A stretch of DNA of 64,000 nt from Lytechinus pictus (Eukaryota). The first letter of the stretch is position 1; each line of letters begins with the position of its first letter. Below, piece by piece: positions 51,099-64,000 of this stretch. The stretch spans positions 52,452,001 through 52,516,000 of the forward strand of contig NC_087247.1 of assembly GCF_037042905.1 (NCBI RefSeq), written 5' to 3'. The translations under genes were made by a program, and so were the position numbers. Below the pieces are notes generated by a model. It saw nothing but the letters and a program-made list of their open reading frames with translations. It was not told where the DNA came from and searched no databases.

Positions 51099-54000
51099 AT
51101 CAGTTTTTCCATACAGTACATAATGGGCAAGTCCCAAGGCAGGGAGACAAGGTATCAAATTAATGCAGAAAATAATGTGCCTTATGCGCTAATTTGATTT
51201 CACAAACCTAGCTTCATACCTGTTCAAAGATCATAAAGGCCTTTCAAACTGCTATTTTGCTTTTGGTTTTATCAATTTCCTTGAGATCTCCAGGATTCTA
51301 CAACATAGTAAATCTAGTGAAAATGACAATAAACAGTTGAGAGTTCTTAGTCGAAAATTAGTAAACCGGGACAGTTGATCATCGTAAAATTCTTAGCTGA
51401 CAAAAAATAGCAAATGTTGTTTGTCCAGTCACGGACGACACTGCTGTTTTGATTCACCGATTTTCGACAAAGACCGCTATGTCATGAAGGGCTTTTGACA
51501 ATAGATTGTCCACATTCCAGAATGAGTCTACGTAGTGGTTGTGAAAACTCCCTATTGAAATTGACTGGAGATATATTTTCAAGAAATCCAAAATCTATGT
51601 TGAGGTAAATATTTATGCATTTCCATATTCCAGAGGCCATAAGACATTAAGTGTACTCTTTATAAAATGCAGCACGAGTAACACACATTTTCTTTACGTA
51701 GACGCACTACAAAAATAAAAATATTTTTCTGATCTTAAAAACATGTTTGTAAAGCTCAAATTTTGTGCTAAATAATGTGCTTATGTGAGGGGATTATGAA
51801 ACGTACACGAAAACTTAGAGATTGTGGAAATGTAATGTAAACTGTGAAATTGGCCATTACATGTATGTCCCCCGCACCCATCTATCATTGTCCTTAACTC
51901 ATGTTAAATTCTTCATCTCTCTCTCTCTCCTTCCTCTTATTTCGCGCTCTCTCGCTCCATTCATTCTTTCTTTTTCCCCCTGGTATTATGTTGAATCACT
52001 GACCTTTATTAAAAATCTAGATAATGTTAACTATAGGGATTCCATGAATGTTGAAATACTGTATGTGCATCATTTTTTGTATATTTTCCCCATTTTATTT
52101 TTCTGAAATAAAAATTTGAATATTTTGAGACTCAAAGCAATTTTATCTATTCATTTGATTTTGAACATCTGGTATTAAGTGATGTGATAAAAGGGGTGTT
52201 CAAATTAAAAAGATGTATATATTCTGAGGTGAGAGGATACTGGAAATTATTGGAAGAACCATGCAATGAACAGCTACGCTACAAATTAAAAGCCATTTCA
52301 AATTTTACAGCCAGCCCATATGCCTAGGACTGTTTTATTTATTTCTTCCCTTGTTTGACAAAACACACAATTGATGTTACAAATATAGAAATACCACAAC
52401 ACATCTTGTTTAATTACATGCACATCATAATGAAGTATGTATGCACAGATACATTGATAGTCTGTTTCATAGTCATTACAGGGTACACACAAGTCCTACA
52501 ATTGAGTATTCATCTGTAAAATGTTATCATTCATGAAGTGTCACCTTTTTATGCAACCATAATTTCCATATGAACTTACAATGGGCGTAGGGCATTATCA
52601 CCCTAAATTATATGGATGACAGTGATGATACCAAGTTTGGTGTTGGTAATTGTGTTGTGGACATGAATTGGGATGCTAATTCTTGCTTAAACACTGATTA
52701 GTATTAGTGCAATACAAGAAATACCTCAGTATCACATAATCCCTAGTTCAACACCTACGTCAATCCTAGCACCAACTTCACTTCATATTCTGTGTTGTGC
52801 TTTTGCTAATTTGACTTAACACTACCAACACCAGCTGTCAACACTAAACTTGATTAAAATCACACAGTGTTTGGTACAAATTGATGATGACATACAATTT
52901 TCTCTGTGACAGTGAGATATCTTTTCAATTGAATTTCAATTCAACACTGCATTTACATTCAGGCTCTTTTATTACATGGTATCTCATATCTACATGTATT
53001 CCTTTTATAGGCAAAATGGTTTCATTGAATCAAGTGTCAATTCTAAAGCAAAGTTTGTTTCTTCTTGAAAGTATGCTGTAATATCCAGAGCTCATTAAAA
53101 TATATACAACTCTAAGAATTTATCACTAGTTTAAGATGCTAATTAAAACATTTAAAAATGACAAATCTAAAATACTTTTAAAATATATAAACATAATTGC
53201 CAATCAATTCAGGTGACATGTTTATTAACAAAATATAGAGCATACTTTATTTAATGGTCAATTGCTCCCATAGAAGTCACATGAAACCCATAATTGGAAG
53301 CCAAAACAATTAAATATAATTGGAAAGATACATGTATGAAGAATAAGAATACACCAATTCATGTTTCATGCATTTTCAATGTACATGTATGCTAGCCTAT
53401 CATTTTTCTTTAGAAGCGCTTAAATTTGTGTCTACAAAATTGTGCTTCTCACTGACCTAAATTCTACAGTGTCATGTGTGAACAGAGACAATAGAGTTGT
53501 GATTATGCACATTTAAATGTACATGTAGATAAGTTGCAGTATTCTTTTATTTTCCAGATTACAAATTACAATTTTTAGTAACGATTTGCATAAGAAACAA
53601 CACAAATTATTTCTTCCTCAACCTACAGCTCTCATACCATATTAAAGGCAAATTTTTAAAGCAGCTTTTTAATGGAATATCTGCATTCAGAGTGATAGAA
53701 ATTAAATCAATAATGGACAATTAAGATGCAAACAAAGAAATCACAATAGCATCAAGAGTCCTAGGTTTCTAAACATTAATCTATTAATTCTTATAGGTGC
53801 AAATTAATTGGAAATAAAAAGTCAAATGTGTGCATTAATCTGGGATAAATGAAATAATCTATCCTTTCTACATACCAACCCATGTAATAACAACTCTCTT
53901 CACATTAGAAATCATAAAATCCTGGTTGTTGAGTAACATGATAAATCCCATTTCCAAGGCTCGCATTTATAAGACAAATAAATAATTGATAAGCTGCCCA

Positions 54001-57000
54001 AAAAACTTGCCTACTAGTGTATTTTTATATTTATCAGCTTAACACTGACATACTGTCTTACTACATACATATTTTTCTAAAGAGACAAAGAAAATCATGT
54101 TGACTGTTTCCTAACTAAATCTGTAACATTTTCTATCAAAATTTTTACATTTCACATTTGCAGAAATGATTTGCAGAAATGATTAATTGGAAACAATACA
54201 GATTAAATTATTTTTATTTTTCAGTATCAACAAGATTTAACGATGCGAGTGTCCCAAAATGCTACAAACATATATTGTACACTGTAAAACTGTAATATGA
54301 AAATGCCAAATGGAGAATCCATTCATAAAAGAAACTGTCATTAAAAGATATGTTTATTAATTGAGGATATATAAAATTACAGATATGTACCTCAATTTCC
54401 TTAAAGCAAACACTATACAGAGTGCCATATATAAAGAGGGGTGGTAACTCCATCATGGTCATAACCGGACACCAGTCTTGACTGACGAATTGGAAACATA
54501 GCTAGTGCCTAGTCATTGATACACCATGGATGAGTGTGTCTTCTACGTGATGGTATTCATATATGTATCTGTTACAGTTGCTCACACCTCTATGAAAGAT
54601 GGGAAAACATGTGACCGTTGACAAATGGGGAGGGTCATACTGGACACACCTCCAAGTATCATAATGAACACGCCTCCAAGTATTGACAGACAAAGGGGGA
54701 GAGCCTGGGAGGGTCATATTGGCCACACCTCCAAGTGTCTGCAGACAAAGGGGAGGGGTCATATTGAACACCAGGCTGAAAACAAGACCCTTTTCAACAC
54801 TTTTTTGTGGATGTGCTTGTAGCACATACATCTATACGTGTAAATGTAATGTGAGTGACTTCCCCCTCCCCTCCCCCCGACCAACGGTTTTCCTCTGGGA
54901 TAGATTTAGAATTATGAATTGCATCTCCTGCGAGTAACACCTTACAATTTCAATTTAAACGTTTGACTTAAGAGCAAGTTTACAAGAAACTCATTTTGAC
55001 ATTATTACTTTTTCAAACTGACATTGCCATAGTACGAAAGAAAGTGATACAATTTCAACTTAAAATCTTTATGACAGCTTTTAAAGTTTTGCATACTACT
55101 TTCTCATATTGAGACACATGTGACATATTGTCACTCTGTTCTATAAACCCATTCAATTGGGAATATCTATATTGGGTTATCAAAATTGGGCTAAACAAAA
55201 GATTATATTATCACTGCAAACAATCTTTATGAAAATGGGAATGATTGTATCTGATTCACAGGCTTTGGTAATAAGTTCTTAGAGTTCCATATAATATATT
55301 CAATCTGGAAAACTTCTTGATAAATAACACATCAAAACACTGACATAACATTACATTTAATCAAGGACAAAAACATTTACAATTCAGGCAATACCAACAG
55401 AACTTTCATTTTACATTTTACAAACAGCATTTTCCTGAAATAAAAGTTATTTTCAAAAGTTATCAAATATTTATAATTTTGGTTCCACACTTTATGTAAA
55501 GGGTTCATAAAAAAATATTTATTATAGTAATCTTGCTTAACTCACCCCCCCCCCCCCCCATTTAAAAAAAAAAGCTTTTAACCCCTTCTCTTTCATCCTA
55601 CTCTCCTTCACCGTACCCTTCTCCTGCCTTACTTCTACTATCATTCTCCTGATCTTATGACGTATCCATCTTTCTAATTCTTTTCTTACCCCTCCTATGA
55701 TTTACATGTTCTCTTAGCTTAAACCTACAATAGAATCTGAAGCTCTTTCCCTGTGTACACCTCCTTCCTTGTCTTTAACCCCCTCCTCATTGTCGTTTAC
55801 CTTTCCAGATAGGGAGAACTATAACTAATCATGTTTGTCATGACATTAAAGATGCATCCCATCTTATATTCATCAAGGGTATCAAATTAACTATGGGGCT
55901 ATGCTCACATGTCTTCCAATGAAGAAGGGCTTGGTGTTAACTTTAGTTACCAGTTTCACTACAGGTCTTGATGACAAATACTAAATACGCAATAAAAAAA
56001 ATTAAAATAACAGTTCATCCAAATCGACTATAGTGATGTGTATAAAACACAAAAAGACATACATTCAGACAAAATATACATGCCTGCACTACTCAGTGTT
56101 TATTGACCCTTTTAAACCATTAAAAACCAAAACTAAAATGTCTCTTCTTTTACAAATAAAACATCAAATCAGATCAAATGAATGTAATCAATCTAAAATT
56201 ATGTACTACATCTGATTCTCTTCTGAGTAACTGACTCGAACTCACTGCTTTTAAAACATGCATTACATTAAAAATAAATTCAGTTACTTTTAAGTAAAAG
56301 TTTGCATTGAAACACTACATTACAAATATGTGGACAGCAAAAATGTTGATATAAGATGTAAAAGTATCTGTGCATCATCAAATTGATGAGAAGAAGAAAG
56401 ACCTCCCGCAACACAACGGAAAGGAGTCTTTTATAGCTGAGACATTAGGACGTGACATTTTGATACATAGTGAACTGTTGTGATGTGAGACGAGGTGAAT
56501 TGCACAAGTGATGCAGAAACTTAGTACCCAAGGTGGGGCACAGAGCCAAACACATATCTGCATGCCATTCCAAATATAAAGTGGCCTCTCAGAAGATTCT
56601 GGGAGCTACAAACACCCTCTCAAAACAGTAACACAAACTTTTGCAGAAACATTATATGTCTACAATGGATGGAAAAAAGACTATGTTAACTGTTATACAC
56701 TCTGAATCAAAACCTGAATGATGAGCAATATGATTTACTCCTGTTTAAAGTTTGAAATGAGAAAACCCTGAATCTAACTCAGCTCTTAATGCTCTTCTTG
56801 TGCTGTGTAACTTCTGGCAGTGGCAGGAAACATGCTACAAAATTGAAGGAAAATCTATACTTCATGAATATTGAAATCTTGTAATGATGTTGGAAAATGC
56901 TATTTTAGTGCTCATAAAAGTCTAAAATAAATACTTAACTGCATGTAATAAAAAAAACACAAGTGGATATGATGCTTTAATACACTTTGTATCAAGTGCG

Positions 57001-58593
57001 AGATTAAGCTGGAGAAAAAAGTCATGGAGTTGAGAGCAAGAAGAGAGAAAGAAGTGGACTGGGGACAACCAGCGATGAAGGTTACATGTTATTCCTACAA
57101 GAGAAATATGAAGATGTCAAAGGAAGGAAATGGAAGAGAATCAGGGAGTGAAGGGTGTATTAATCTATTGTCCTCTTGAACTGGGTGGTCCATGAATAAA
57201 TTATATGGGGATACAGAATTCAGAAGTCAACAGGTTATCAATCTAGAATCATAACAATGAAAGGTAGAAAGACTAGCAGTTGGTACATGTATATGATCAA
57301 AATACATGTTTTTTATATTTTTTCTGGACTCAGAGAGTGACAGAGCGACAGCTGAGATTTATTAAGGCATTCACAAGAAAAATTAAACTTAACATCATGA
57401 AGTACAAAGAGTACATGTACAGTGTATATGGATGATTACTGAACCTCTGGGTCTCTTACGTATCATCAATTCCTCATCTTCCTTTGCTGAGCCATGTACA
57501 TACATTCTTCCACGTAGAGCTGAGAGTCATCCTCTCTCTCTCTCTCTCTATACGGTCCACCCACCATCCCTATTTAGGGGACCTCATGCAATCACATATG
57601 TTTAATATAGTATGCATATAATGGATTACATCCGCATGGCTATAACTATAATTGTAATCTGTTTCATGAACTAGAATGCCAATCAAGTTCACACTGCATA
57701 ATACATTTACACAAGGTGATTGAAAGTTTGGTGTTGGGGCTGCAGAACACAGTTAAACACCTACACGTGTACATCATGTGGGTTTACTATCACACTACAC
57801 CTACAGGTTTTTTCTTTTTGGTTGGTGCTGGTTGGAAACACCTAAAAACTTTTTTCATGATTGCTTAATACATTTTTCATAAAATTATTATTATGCACGT
57901 ATATGTAAGGCAACACGTTTGAATACGCTTAAATTCCTATCATTTAACACTACAGCACTTCCTGCGAAAGATACTGATATGATATCTTAGCTCCATAAAT
58001 TGATTTTGATTTGCGCAAAAACATGCACATATTATGAGAGTGATTTTTATCAGGTACAATAGGTACATGTAGGGTCCATAAAAGCAAGGGAGGACCATGC
58101 ATTGACTAATACTGCTTAACGCAGCAGTGTGAAATTACAGTATGTTGTATTTTATAAAAATCAATAAAGATACAAATATGAAATTACAAGAAATCAATAT
58201 AGATACCATTACATTATTTACAAAATTTGTTACATCATGCATACAAAAAAGCTGACAATGCTCTTCAAGCCTTAAAACAGTAATGCTGATGGAGATTCTT
58301 TTGGTTCTGCTTTCATCCAAAAACATACAGGAAATCTAAATCCTATCTAATTCTATCCATATACAAAATACCATAACACTTAAAAACATACAGTATTTTT
58401 ATGAATTTCAGATGCAACAGCATAATAGATTCAAATTTCTAGCATTATAAAAAACGTTCTTTTCCATTGATTGATATGCTGCACTTACATAACACCATCT
58501 TACTAACATATTTATAACCTGTTTACAAAACTCGACAAATGCTGGAGAAAATATGCAGAAAATACGTACAATTTTTTTTTGCCCTAAATGTAC

Positions 58594-61500
58594 TTACTCA
58601 AACATGTCTTGTTCAAGTGGTTTTTCTATCCAGTTACCACACCCACTCTTCAAAAAGGCCTTTGTCATTACCTGTTTGGCTTTGTGGAAATCAGTAGACA
58701 TGTGCTTAGCTTCCTCATAAGAACTTGCCAGCTGTGCTCCAGGATTGGTGATCATGGAAATCCTGTTGTAGATCTGCTTGAAGTGGCTGAAGAGGCCAGC
58801 CTTGCAGAGTTGTGAGGGTTGTCCAGTCTCATTCTTGCCTGTTGTGGTGTTGATAACTTCCAGGCAGGGGTCATCAAAGGTCCAGTTGGCGCTATGATTT
58901 GGTGCCCGGCCCGGTTGGCGACTTTCTGCATTGCTGATACCACTCAAGAGTGGCTTGTTGAGACTGTAGCCAGCTGGTAAGTCTTCAATGGTAGAGAGAC
59001 GAGAGAACATGGCCCTGGAAAGATGGTCACCATGATAGAGTGATCCAAGAATGATGCTGCTCAGGTAGATAGGCTCAATGAAATTAGTTAAGAGAGATCC
59101 CTGGACACCAAGTACATTCCATCTGTAAAGAATATCAAGTATACACATAATTTTAAGACATCAAATTTGATATTAAACATATATAATTCTCATGGGAACT
59201 TTTCACTTCTACTAACACACTTATCACAGATGGGGGATGCTAATATCCACAAACAAGAAAGTTTTAAGGCTTAATGAGGCTATTACCATTGATTACAGGC
59301 CTGGCAAAAAAGGACACAATGCTGAGATTAACAATATCTACAAACACGTTCATGTACATCTGGTATGGCTTATCATCCAAAAATACCAACTGCTTATCAT
59401 TTACCAAAGATGAGCATTTCCAGATCAGAGGCTGTAAAAAAATTCTTGTATGAGAACATGTATACATGTACAGTACATGGAATTATTTGCAACAGGCACT
59501 ATAAAAAATAATGATTAGAGGCTATGCTTAGAATCAGGATCCTGATCAGGCTTCATATGAATTATACCGTTGCTCCCAGGTTTGAAAAAACATTTGGATC
59601 TCCCTTATCCAGCCATGTTGTAACCAATGTCTTCATGTATGCATATGAAACAGTTTTTTTTTTTTTTTAGAAGAGTCTAGTTGTTTTTAGTAACATATAC
59701 ATGTATGTACACGTATCCCTTTCCTTTTGAGTTGCATTCTTCTTGCCTCTCAATTGAGTTGAAAATTAAGTTAGATGATTCGGACAACTGTGCATACATG
59801 TAATATAACATTCACAAATTCAGCAATCATTTACATACAAGCTGTATTAGAAAATTAATAGGCAACAAACCTCAGCAAATGAAGGTCACAATATCTGTGT
59901 CAGCTCAGCTACAAAAACAAGCTGAGAGCTCACTGGACAGATTGATGTGCTATATTTAATTTCCTGGCAATGTACTTGCCAGAATAAGGACAGAGCTTTA
60001 CTCCATCTGTCAATTGAGCAAGGATCACGTATCAATTGTTTCCTCAATGAATAGTTTACATACAGGTACTGACTGTGCAAGTGGTAATGAATTTTAAGGT
60101 TATTTTCATGAAACTAAGCTATTTGAGGTCACCCGAGTATCCTGAGATAATAATAATAATAAAAGAACACATTAACCTCACTGTCACAATCATCACCACT
60201 GCTCTAATAGTTTTATAACTGTAACAAAAGTGGCAATACCTGTACAAGTCCACAATTTTGTCATTATGTTAATGTACATTTATCGAAATACATGTACATG
60301 ATGTGAAATGAAGAAAATAAAAAACAACCTTCATTATGTATATTCTATCATTTTTCAATTGAACATACAAAATGGTTACATTTGCAAGAAGGACAAATTT
60401 GTTACTTTCTTTCTATAGGTACATTGGACAGTTTTCTCTTATTATTTGAAAAAAAAAATACTGTGACACAATCCACTGTTCAAATGTATTAATGTGAAGG
60501 AATCATCTGAAATGTAAAAGTAGAAACAGACTTATAAACTGGTCATAATGTATGAAAGCATGCACATCTTCTGTATCAATTCTTTGAATGCCTAGATGTC
60601 ACTGGTGGATTCTAAATATAAGTACACTATCAGCAGAAACTTGGCAAAGATTGAGAGGGTCAGAAAACATCCCACAAAGAGGCACAGACATACTTTGAAT
60701 AATTTGGCATCAAATTCATCTGATGCAAAGAAGCAAGTGAAATCTAAAATTTGGTCATAAAAATTGTTGGAATTGTTTGAATTTGGACATGGACTAGCAA
60801 TATATATATGATATAATTCAATTCTTTGTTGTAAACGACACTACCTGCCTTAAATACTAAAAGTCCCAACATCACTTGTTTACTCATAAACCTAAATGTT
60901 TAGCTTCATACAATACAAATCAATCTTAAAGTATGGGTGGGTGTTTCATAAAGCTGTTCAAAGTCAAGAGCAACTTTAAGAACGACTGGTGATCCTTTCT
61001 TGTGGTAAATGGTACTGAATTGGCAATGGTTTAGAGCGTAAGAAGGGTTCACCAGTCGTTCTTAAAATCGATATAACTTAAGACAGCTTTATAAAACGGC
61101 CCCGTGTTATGGTGTTGCCTAAGTAAGGGAATAACAAGCAAATTATTATAATGGTGACCCCACTCCCCCCAGCCAATGGCATCCAATGTAATTGGCTACT
61201 TAGGCCCTAAAGCTTAGCGGTTGATCATAGGGCGAATTTTATGATTGATCATACACAATTATGAAGGCAATCAATCATAGAAATCAGTAGACCATTGATT
61301 GCTAAGCTTTATATAACCGGCCCAGATATCAGTGTTTCACCTGGGTACTCTTTCATAAATATTATCCACAGACCTCTGCAACTTGTTTTCAATACATATT
61401 GTAGCTTGCACCTACATGTTTATGACAGCGGTTGGTACTGTTCACAGAGTATACAATTCAGTCTTCTGGCAGGCAAACTCAAACCCAATATTTTGGTTGG

Positions 61501-63700
61501 GCATTTCCATGTAATTGACTGAGTATACACACTCCAATCGAATCACAATGTCGTCTTAAAAATTTCGATACCCACATCCTTTAGTAGGCACCATGCTGCC
61601 TATCTTCATTCCATTTCTCACATGCTTAATAACCTTATCACTGAGCCTTGTTTAAGATGACTGCAATGTTCAATGCTAGAGACAGGTATTCCTGAGGGGT
61701 ATACTGACCACAGTCATTACCAATAGCAAGGTAATACTTTGATAGCTCCCTTGAATGAAGTAGATGGGGGGTGAAGTATACAGTAAATACTACAGTAGTA
61801 CATCAAAATAAATTGAGTGAGGTGTAGAGGGTAGGGTAATGCTGACGGGGGAGAATTCTTCTTGAAGGCAATAGGCATATGTATGTTTGTGTTGAGTCTA
61901 TTGACTACCAATGTTTTACTTAGACACACTAAATTTATTGACTTTTAGCTGGTATACTATGCATGAGGTTTCTCTTCATATACATGTATATTTGGATCAG
62001 CAAACTAATTTTGTGCGCAGTCACTACATGTACATACACATAGGAAAGTTTGCAAAGAAAGCAAGCTTTGAATCAATTTATAAAAAATAAAAAGAAAAAT
62101 TGAAACGGTTTCTTGAACTCAATTTGTATTAATTTTGTTTGTGTGTGAATGTTTCTTGAGCTAATAGAATGCAATTACCTGGCCAACTTGTCACTGCAGG
62201 ACATAGTAAGTAGCCTCTCCCCTTGAAGCACTCCATCCCAGGTCTGTATGGAAGGTCCGGATTTCACAGGGATAGTTCCTTCCCCAGACTCAATCTTTGT
62301 CCTCAGCTGACCCCTGGCTCGTCGGTTTGGATGTCTATCTGGAGTTGGCTCTTCACTGCAGGATGACTCATGAGGGGAGAAGATGCGTGCATCTCCACAA
62401 GGTGCAGTACTAATATAAAGATGAAATTTGATCTCGCTACGAAGCTTGTATCCTCTGCTGGATGGGTGTGGAACAAAGATTGAGCTGTCTCCTTGATTGT
62501 CGAGGAACAGCTTCAACTGGGAGTACAAGTACCTGATGAGGCACCGTCTAGATATGATCTCAGCATGACAGTCATTGAGGGCTAAGCCTTGCCCTGACAT
62601 GTACTCTCCATTGATGCATTTTGTACCAGTAGAGATTGCTATCACACTAGAGTTCTCTAAGGTCTCACCTCTTGTCATCACAATGCCAGCTAGAACCTTG
62701 CGCTTGGCAACTGGGGACTGGAAGCCATTGGTCAATTCACAGAATTTGTTTAGGATCAACTTGTGGACATGGTCTGCCAAAGCCAAGGCATGGCTTGATG
62801 TTTCTTCATTTGTGATTGGCTGAAGATCTGGAGCCAGGACGGGATTCATATCAAAGAGAGCAATAAGGGCAGCTTGGGCCGCCCGCTGTTTGGCAAGTTT
62901 CTTGTTGCGTCCAGTGCCCTGGAAATTCTTACCATCTATGGTCAGGGACATAGTAAAACTCTTGGAGTGGCTCTGACCAGTCTCTTCTATTATTTCATAT
63001 TTCTGTCCTGGTTTGAGTTCATTCAAGATCATCACAGGATTCTTCCCAGAGGGTTGTTCTTTCTTCTTTGCCAGTGGTGAATTTTGACCCTGCTCTACTT
63101 TCACATCCATCACATCAGGACTGTTTTGTGTTTTGTCAGCTAGTACTGCCTTCATCATGCTTGGTGGGGTCACAGGGCGCTCTTGGTCAGCATCAAAAGG
63201 ATTGAAGCCACCATGGACTTCTGGTTGGTCTGATGTAAAATCTGCAGTGAATTGATACCTACCAAGAGCTTGATAAGCATCACTTGCATTGGGAAACTGG
63301 ATAAAAGACTTGAGTGCTAGCTCTGCAGCATGCATTCTAGCGGTTTTCTTGCTACGGCCAGTGCCTTCAAACAGCTGATCATTCACCTCGACAGAGACAA
63401 CGAACGTGGGAGCATGGACTGGCCCTGTCTGAGATTCAGTCTTGAAGGCAAGTCCAGGTCTGATCTCATTGAGCTGCATCAAGGCATTCTTTGGTAGACG
63501 TGGTCCTGGTACTGTCTTCTTCTTCTTCCTTCTTGGTTTCTTGGAGTCTTTCCCCTCTCCGGTACCATCTTCTTCACCTTCTGCCTCATCTTGCATGGGT
63601 TCATCATCGTCTTCTAAAGGGCGCTTCATGGTGTTGATCTCTGTTGCAGCCTTTGGTTTATTGGAGTCAAACACAATGTTTTCCTTCACTTCTGCAGAAG
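58594..63700 (-). CDS. ADARB1: Double-stranded RNA-specific editase ADAR2 (5'-partial); exons 63700-62179 and 59122-58594
   Basis: Basic [12 protein letters not shown]; two dsRBDs ([19 protein letters not shown]; [19 protein letters not shown]); deaminase motifs [57 protein letters not shown]; C-terminal [11 protein letters not shown]. The start codon lies in an exon outside the window. Confidence 0.95.
60939..61103. mobile_element. Short MITE in ADAR2 intron
   Basis: gggtgtttcataaagctgt ... acagctttataaaacggcccc termini with inner arms ttaagaacgactggtga / tcaccagtcgttcttaa. Confidence 0.65.
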
Positions 63701-64000
63701 CTGGAAAAAAAAAACAGAAAAGGGAATACACATTAGCAATTAATTCATTTCCTTTTCTGTTATCAAACCAAATGAACCATTTCAAATACAGAGCAACCAA
63801 GTTATTCTCCTCTACTAAAAATAATTTTAAACCCTCAAATTAAAAACCAACATTTACTTGTTTTTATTTTCCTCACAGAAAAACACACATCTTTTAAATA
63901 ATACCTACCAATCTGGTATTACAGCTTTGAAGACTTTATAAAGTTTCCTGCTTTGATGTAACTAGAATATTAACAGTGAACACCAATTACTTTTGCCACA

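Noticed and set aside
45428-51555. Composite transposon carrying the sulfotransferase catalytic exons
   Set aside because: The two ends look like independent, diverged copies of one MITE family; the left copy has its own degenerate right end and no shared TSD is evident.
62370-62390. Drosophila-type ADAR self-editing Ser-to-Gly site in RIFSPHE
   Set aside because: The Ser codon here is TCC, which A-to-I editing cannot recode.
63701-63800. Start of the 541-aa ADAR ORF
   Set aside because: Intronic (branch point and T-tract before the ccag acceptor); the true start lies outside the window.

Overview
AT-rich, intron-containing animal genomic DNA, not prokaryotic. The repeat families and gene content suggest a marine deuterostome invertebrate such as a sea urchin (inference). 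I assembled four spliced genes by hand with GT-AG boundaries and consistent phases: (1) a secreted chloride-type alpha-amylase (minus, 4 coding exons, 747 aa) carrying a P/T linker and an extra ~190-aa C-terminal domain resembling the Pseudoalteromonas haloplanktis amylase propeptide; (2) DHFR (minus, 5 exons, 189 aa); (3) a CHST15/GalNAc4S-6ST-like Golgi sulfotransferase (plus, 8 exons, 508 aa), head-to-head with DHFR; (4) the 3' part of an intron-poor ADAR2/ADARB1 (minus; 5' end lies beyond the window). A short terminal coding exon of an unidentified upstream plus-strand gene sits at 1619-1723. Non-coding DNA holds a 52-bp x ~27 minisatellite, Helentron-associated (HINE-like) elements, many TTAA-flanked foldback MITEs (Kolobok-like), a non-autonomous hAT with an 8-bp TSD and an adjacent empty-site copy, a Tc1/mariner-type MITE with a nested insertion, tRNA-derived SINEs and LINE fragments. 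Most short ORFs in the track are spurious. I found no CRISPR array and no convincing wholly new system; the best leads are the amylase C-terminal domain, the divergent sulfotransferase motifs and the ADAR2 gene structure.
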